55,594 bases of DNA. It comes from Oopsacas minuta (taxonomy: Eukaryota; Animalia; Porifera). Positions 49,907-55,594 of the stretch are shown here, piece by piece (within the stretch, counting starts at the first letter, position 1; every line of letters begins with the position of its first letter). The stretch covers positions 73,025-128,618 of the forward strand of contig JAKMXF010000296.1 in assembly GCA_024704765.1 (NCBI GenBank), in the 5' to 3' direction. Below the pieces are notes generated by a model. The model saw only the letters and a program-made list of their open reading frames with translations. It was not told the origin of the DNA and ran no database searches. The position numbers and the translations under genes were made by a program.

Positions 49907-51242
49907 CGGGGTGTATCATAAATGTTGTCGGGTAGTAACAATATTCATATAGTAACGGATTGTATTACAACCTTAATTAGAATTCATTTTATTATCCAGT
50001 ATCGTAAAGTATTATGTTAATGCTATCTAAAACAATACTTAGCTACTGGGCTGATCGTATTTCTTAGAAAAAATTTTCACATTGACGCTCCTTGATATAT
50101 TCGGAAAATGAATGTCAAAGATCATGGTTTGGAAATCCGTAATCAAGCTATTGGCATGCTAAATACTGGCATGACCCAGAAAGATGTAGCTATAAAGCTC
50201 CAAGTTAGTTTGAGATCAATCGAACGGTGATGGCAGAAGCTCGGAAAATCTCAAAAAACTGTAACCCATCCTGGGAGGAATTCGAGTGTACAAAAGTCCG
50301 CCAAAATTATAATTTCGAAATCTCTCGGGAAAGATGCAAATCTACTAGGAAATTGGCTGACATAGTGACCTTAAGGGGCTATCCTATATCGCATTCAACC
50401 GTTCATCATTATCTTCGGGATAATATTGGCGCGAAATCTTACAAAAGGCCTAAAAGGCCGCGATTGACGGAGAAAATGAAGGAAAAACGACTCAAATTTG
50501 CAGAATCTCGCAAAGAATGGACTGTCGAAGATTGGAAACAGGTATTGTAGTTTGATGAAGCACCTTTTCAATTGTTCAATACTCCAAACCGACAGAACGA
50601 CCGGGTTTGGGATAAAAATTCAGACAATGTTGAACCTTGCGTTCAAGTTAAATTTCCAGGGAAAATTCATGTCTGGGGCATGATGTCCCATCGAGCTGTC
50701 TCTGAACTCCATATAGTGCCTCCAAAACAGACAATAAATGGTTGCTATTATCGGAACTATATTTTGAATAAAACCTGTAGGATGTAATAGAACGCGACTC
50801 AGAAAATGGGACAATATTACAGCGATCAATGCTCTCAGATATGTCCAGTTTTATTTTATGCAGGATCGTGCTCCAGCACACACTGCAAATTTGACTCAGT
50901 TCATGTGTGAAAAGAATTTCCTAAAGTTTTGGATGAAAGAAGAGAGGCCAGGAAACTCGCCCGACCTCAATCCTATTGAGAATCTATGGTCTATTCTGAA
51001 AGATAGCGTCAGCCAAATGGAGAATGTGACGAAGCTGGACCACTTAATTTCTCAAGCAAAAAAGGCTTGGGAGAGCATTGATCCAAAAATTTTAGAAAAT
51101 TTAGTAGCAAGTATGCCTAATAGGATTAGATCAGTTATAGAATGCGATGGAGATTACATAAATTAATAATTAGCTTAAACGATCCACTTTTTTGTGTTTT
51201 GGGATATTTCCTAGAACCCGACAATAATTATGATACACCCTG
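49907..51242 (+). mobile_element. Tc1-like transposon with DD37E spacing, defective (transposase 50108-51166)
   Basis: TIRs C.GGGTGTATCATAA.T.TTGTCGGGT with TA flanks. FDEAPF, HVWGMMS, QDRAPAH...PGNSPDLNPIE with 37 residues between D and E in one unbroken frame. Stops at about 50228, 50548 and 50785. Confidence 0.93.
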
Positions 51243-51776
51243 TATATTTCGAGATTTCAACTATTTGTTTACTATATCAAATAACTTTTATATAACTCAG
51301 CTATATTATAGTACAGTTTTTGTGTATTAGCATTTCTATGTTCGAGGAAAGGTCATTTTTTTCGGATTAATGAAAGTCACCTTTGGGAAAGAGGGTATGA
51401 GGTATTGTATTACAAAAAACTACTATAGTATAGCTCAGCTATATATATAAGGAATCTCTTATTTTATATTCATAAAATCAACGCTATAAATTTGCATAAG
51501 AGAAACTTGAAAATTTGAATTCAGCCTACTTGATTAACTCTCTATATCTGTTGGGAGAAGTTTCTAACTATATTTCTGAATTTCAACTATTTGTATACTT
51601 CGTGTTCATACTTCATTTTCATAAACAAATATTTGCATCTGAGAAACTTGAAAATGCGAAATTCGGATTCAGCGCACTTGATTACCCTATATATCAGTTG
51701 TTTCCAAGTCTAAGTATATTTCGAGATTTCAACAATTATTTACTATATCTATACTTTAAACGCAATTAATCTATAC

Positions 51777-52038
51777 TACCGCGCTTCGCATGCTAGGTCG
51801 CTCCGCTACAGCTTAGTGCTTCATGTTAGCTTATGCATTAGATAGCTAACTTTATAGTGTTATTGGTCGCTAAACGACAGAATATACCCACCACTACGTG
51901 CCTAGAATTTACAGAATAGTTAAAATATTAAGATATTAGTATCCATGATCCATCCACATTACATTGAATGGCCTTCGCTGGTGACATTGGAGATGCTATG
52001 TCGCTTTTGGTTAGTATCTCGGCACTTCTTGCCACGAG
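51777..52038. repeat. Dispersed repeat, copy of 44747-45008
   Basis: See 44747-45008. A shorter related piece lies at about 49436-49530. Confidence 0.85.
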
Positions 52039-53574
52039 TGTGAGTTGACAGGATATTCGACCAAGGATTGTTCAATTACTAATTTGTCCTACTTGTACTC
52101 ACCAGATTTCTCGAAATTAATATCATTCTGTAGAGGAGTGTTGGACCTTGTATAAAATATAATTTTTTAAAGTTTTTTTCAACTTTTACCTATCTTTTTT
52201 GTCACGACGAGTAGGGTCGCTTCTCTATTAAAAATGAGAACCTAAAATTGAGAATTCGAATCTGAAAGTTTTGTTTATATTTGTGACACATCCATGTTTA
52301 TTTAAATTCAATTTCATATAAAGATTCCCAAAACTCGAGGAGATACAAGTATCCGAAGTTGAAGTCAGAGTTATATTGGAGTAGGGTCAGTTCAAGTTGA
52401 TATTTGATATCGAAAATCGAATTCAAACTTTTATATTTTAGTATCAATGGATAGCTGAAACATGGATGTTTACTATAACATCGCTATAATCATGAAATTC
52501 TGAAAGTTACAATCACAATAGGGTTCTAAAATGGCAAAATTCTCGTGTTTTTATGTATTTTCGAAATTTCAATTTAGAATCAAATTTCAAAAATAACTCA
52601 TCCCCAGAATCGCTTGAAACTTTCAGGCTCCTTCTTTATTATTATATTATTCAATATTCGGAAAAACTATTTTGTGAAAATATTTTTCCATTAGCGATGT
52701 AATTATTCACACTGCATAGTACAATACTAGATTATCTCATCAGAGTAATTCGTATGACTGTTATTTATCGCGTAAAGCAACATGTTATAACTCTGCTCTT
52801 GGTTCCCATTCTAATGTTCCTACAACATACGTTAATGAATGCGCAAAATACTGAATTTGCGAATTATATTTTCTATTTTATCCATCACAATGAAATATAC
52901 ATATTGACAAATAATCATATATCTAGCTTATCCCATATTGAATTATGTTTCATGATTCGTGTTAATTGTTTTGCTTTTGTGCTATTTGCTATGTACTTTC
53001 TTTCTATTTTCTTTCTCTTTGATATTCTTGACAAGTGGCATTATCATTTTTACAACTTATATTTCAACTCTTACTATATTCATGATTTCTATGAATTTAT
53101 GGCGTGCTCGCATTGGCTTGCACTCTCTCAGTAAATCAAATAATTCCGAGTCTTATTCTGTTTCGCTCTTTGCTTCTTCGGCTACATCCTTGCTGTTTCT
53201 ACTCTTCTTGTATTGTTTCTATTCTTCTCATTATTGGTGGCATCGAGATTGATCAAGGGCCTATCACTCCAACTCAAGATACATATTACGAACAAGGTAA
53301 TTAATTAAACCATGATATGTTAACCACCTATAATAGTCAAAATAATAGTTTTTTCAAACGCCGGGTTTCTTACTCATATTTTTCTCATAGTAAACTTAAT
53401 TGTCTCCACATTTCAGTCTTTTGATGCTTTGATCCGCAAGCTGTCTGTCTGCGGCAACTTTCCTACTTCATTTTTGGGGAACAATTAGCAAGATAGTCTA
53501 CACTTCTAATAAACCTGTTAAGATTACAAAGCTAAGTATTGCCATGAGAACATCATTGATTACATCTACTATCA

Positions 53575-54380
53575 CTAGAGATGTATGTAAAGTGTAGCTG
53601 TGTGTTCCGATTCAGTTTCCTCATTTGGTAACCTTGATTTACTGGATCCTGAATTAAATTTACGAGACGACATGCTTCTTATTGTGTGGGCATCTTCAGT
53701 CTCCGATTTAGTTGAGTATGACGGATTGAAGAGAGATTCCAATACCGAAATTCTTTGGTCACTAGTGGAGGTCATAATGTGTATTACTTGTTTAATACAT
53801 TTGAATCTTAGTTGTAGGTTGATCGCACTAAGTTATACGGTTTGTCTTAGTCTCGAAATGTTTCTGGACATTTGCAATTTGCTGAAACTTTCTATCTGAT
53901 GAGTGTAATACTTTCACAAGCTGTATCTTAAGTACTTACGGTAAGCTTTTTGGAGTGTAGTCTACTTTTAGTTTTGTGGTTAATATCAGCACAACCTGAA
54001 CAAGGACATTGTTTAGTATATCAAATGTTTGGTAAGATGTGAGTGTGATTAAGTGGAGAGATCGTGACTGATTCATTGGTTGGATTATCGAACAAAGAAA
54101 GGAATTTGACTCTAATGGCATTAATGCCTTAGAAGTTAAATATGGTGAATATCGAGATCGAATTAAAAGTTTAGTTATGAGGCCCTTACTCAGACCCCAA
54201 AATATTAATAATTTTAAAACTGAAGAAATCAGCAACCAGCTGTTAGAAATAGGTTCTGAGGTTGAAATTGTATCCAATATAAGTTATGAATCTGGAGAGT
54301 TTTATCTCTTACCGGCTAAATGGGATAGTATTTGTACTACAGATTATGATAGTATCGTGTCTTTAATGAGTAATTGAACA
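53575..54380 (-). pseudogene. Decayed coding-like segment paralogous to 2060-2545
   Basis: Protein- and DNA-level similarity to 2060-2545. The upstream part has hydrophobic stretches (WLLISSVLKLLIFWGL, NNVLVQVVLILT). Stops present. Confidence 0.35.
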
Positions 54381-54865
54381 ATTTCTTTTGCGGATAAATA
54401 CAATGAGGTAAACAAAATATGTGTTTTAAACTTCAATTTAGCTTGAAGATGGCATAACAGTAAATGAGAATGCAGTTACGTATAAAGATAAGTTCCCTTT
54501 TGGTAAACATTACGAGCAAATATATTTAAAGTATAAATCTCAAATTAAGAATATCGAGAACATCTCTAAAGTTGAAGGTGTTAATAATTCACATTTCCCT
54601 AGCATAATTGAATTTTTGTCAACTTATTACATGCCATTGCTACTCCTTGTGGATTTTTGTTTAGAGTATGTGGTGACAAAGACATTACTATGACAGACAG
54701 TGACGCTAGTGTAGAAAATTAGTTTAGGATAGTAAAACATAGCACTTTCATCGATTTCGCGTGATTATTACCCCTCTAAAACCTTGCCGGAACTATCAAC
54801 TTATTAACTGGCCTAGGATATAAACAACCTATCAACTGGTCTATAATATAAACAACCCTATTAAC

Positions 54866-55594
54866 TAGGGATGGGACGGATGTGAGATTTCCCACATCCG
54901 CGGATGCGGATATAGATGCGGATGTGGAATTTTGAACCTCCGCGGATGCGGATTTCAACTTTACAGGACACACAGTATTGTATTTCTAATTTACTCGATG
55001 CAGCATATATTGATTCTCTGTATTATACTCTAAACTCTAAACAATAATCCATACAAAATACCAGCTATATGTTCTATAGATCTAATACTCAAACTTTAGT
55101 AAACATAAATTGTATTTCATAAAAAGGAACATTTCTGCCTTGTCACCACTTAAACGGTTCCGCGTTGGTTCATAAAGGATTCCAGCATTGCTGAACAGCT
55201 GCTCAGATGGTACACTGGTTGGTTGTGCAGAAAGGAAATTCGCGCCAATTTGCTCAACGACACATATCGATGCTTATTCATGTTCCACCAAGCAAAGGGA
55301 TCAGCATCGGAAGGAATACGTTGCTCAGCAACGTATTGATTAATTGAATCAACTATTGGAGTATTTGTTTGTTTGTCCCATCATCGTCGCTCTCGTTAAG
55401 CATGGCAAAGATATCCATTAACCCACTTCCATGCGACGGCTTGTAATGCTTTGACACAGGAACAACTTCATTGCTCTCAACATTCCTGATTTCCAAATCC
55501 AAATTCTGAACTGCATCTGCCACTTTACGTCGCACCTCTCCACATATATACTTGGAAGAAAAGTGCTTTTCTTTGAACTTCGGATCGAGAAAGG
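54866..55594 (-). mobile_element. 3' part of an Ac-type (ZBED1/ZBED4-like) hAT element running off the window end
   Basis: TAGGGATGGG terminus with GCGGAT subterminal repeats (54866-54955). Minus-strand FLDPKFK, DPFAWWNMNK, PTSVPSEQLFSNAG, RNRL, stop at 55082-55084. Frameshifted. Confidence 0.9.

Noticed and set aside
52754-53304. Overlapping hydrophobic plus-strand ORFs
   Set aside because: T-rich low-complexity composition explains the hydrophobicity, and there is no coherent splice or motif support.
1-55594. rRNA, tRNA, LTR/gag-pol, prokaryotic operons or contamination
   Set aside because: No such signatures were recognised. The one GC-rich island is a eukaryotic-type MULE transposase. 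A species assignment was not attempted because the sequence alone cannot support one.

Overview
AT-rich eukaryotic (animal-like) genomic DNA dominated by nested, mostly decayed DNA transposons. I found no prokaryotic features, RNA genes or CRISPR arrays. One plausible host gene on the + strand encodes a long coiled-coil protein (candidate exons 5739-5757, 6201-6584, 19882-21534, 3' end unresolved). Its roughly 13.3 kb intron holds a MULE fragment and a RAG1-core-like Transib element (12953-19804, CACAGTG termini). A Chapaev element with about 390-bp TIRs has inserted into that Transib, and a TA-targeting MITE into the Chapaev. A second, different Transib transposase on the - strand (about 36970-42330) is split by a mariner, which is split in turn by a near-intact Hermes-like hAT. 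The window also has Buster-type and Ac-type hATs, Tc1 elements with DD35E-like and DD37E spacing, a maT-like element spanning the assembly gap, many MITEs, one decayed APE+RT LINE and several unidentified pseudogene-like fragments. The most interesting signal is the first Transib. By eye it has a nonamer-binding-domain-like region and a CCHC-like C-terminal tail, features of RAG1-like proteins, but no RAG2-like partner. Three CACAGTG ends in the window also share a subterminal ATGACGT(A/C)AT motif. All family assignments come from motif recognition by eye, not database searches.
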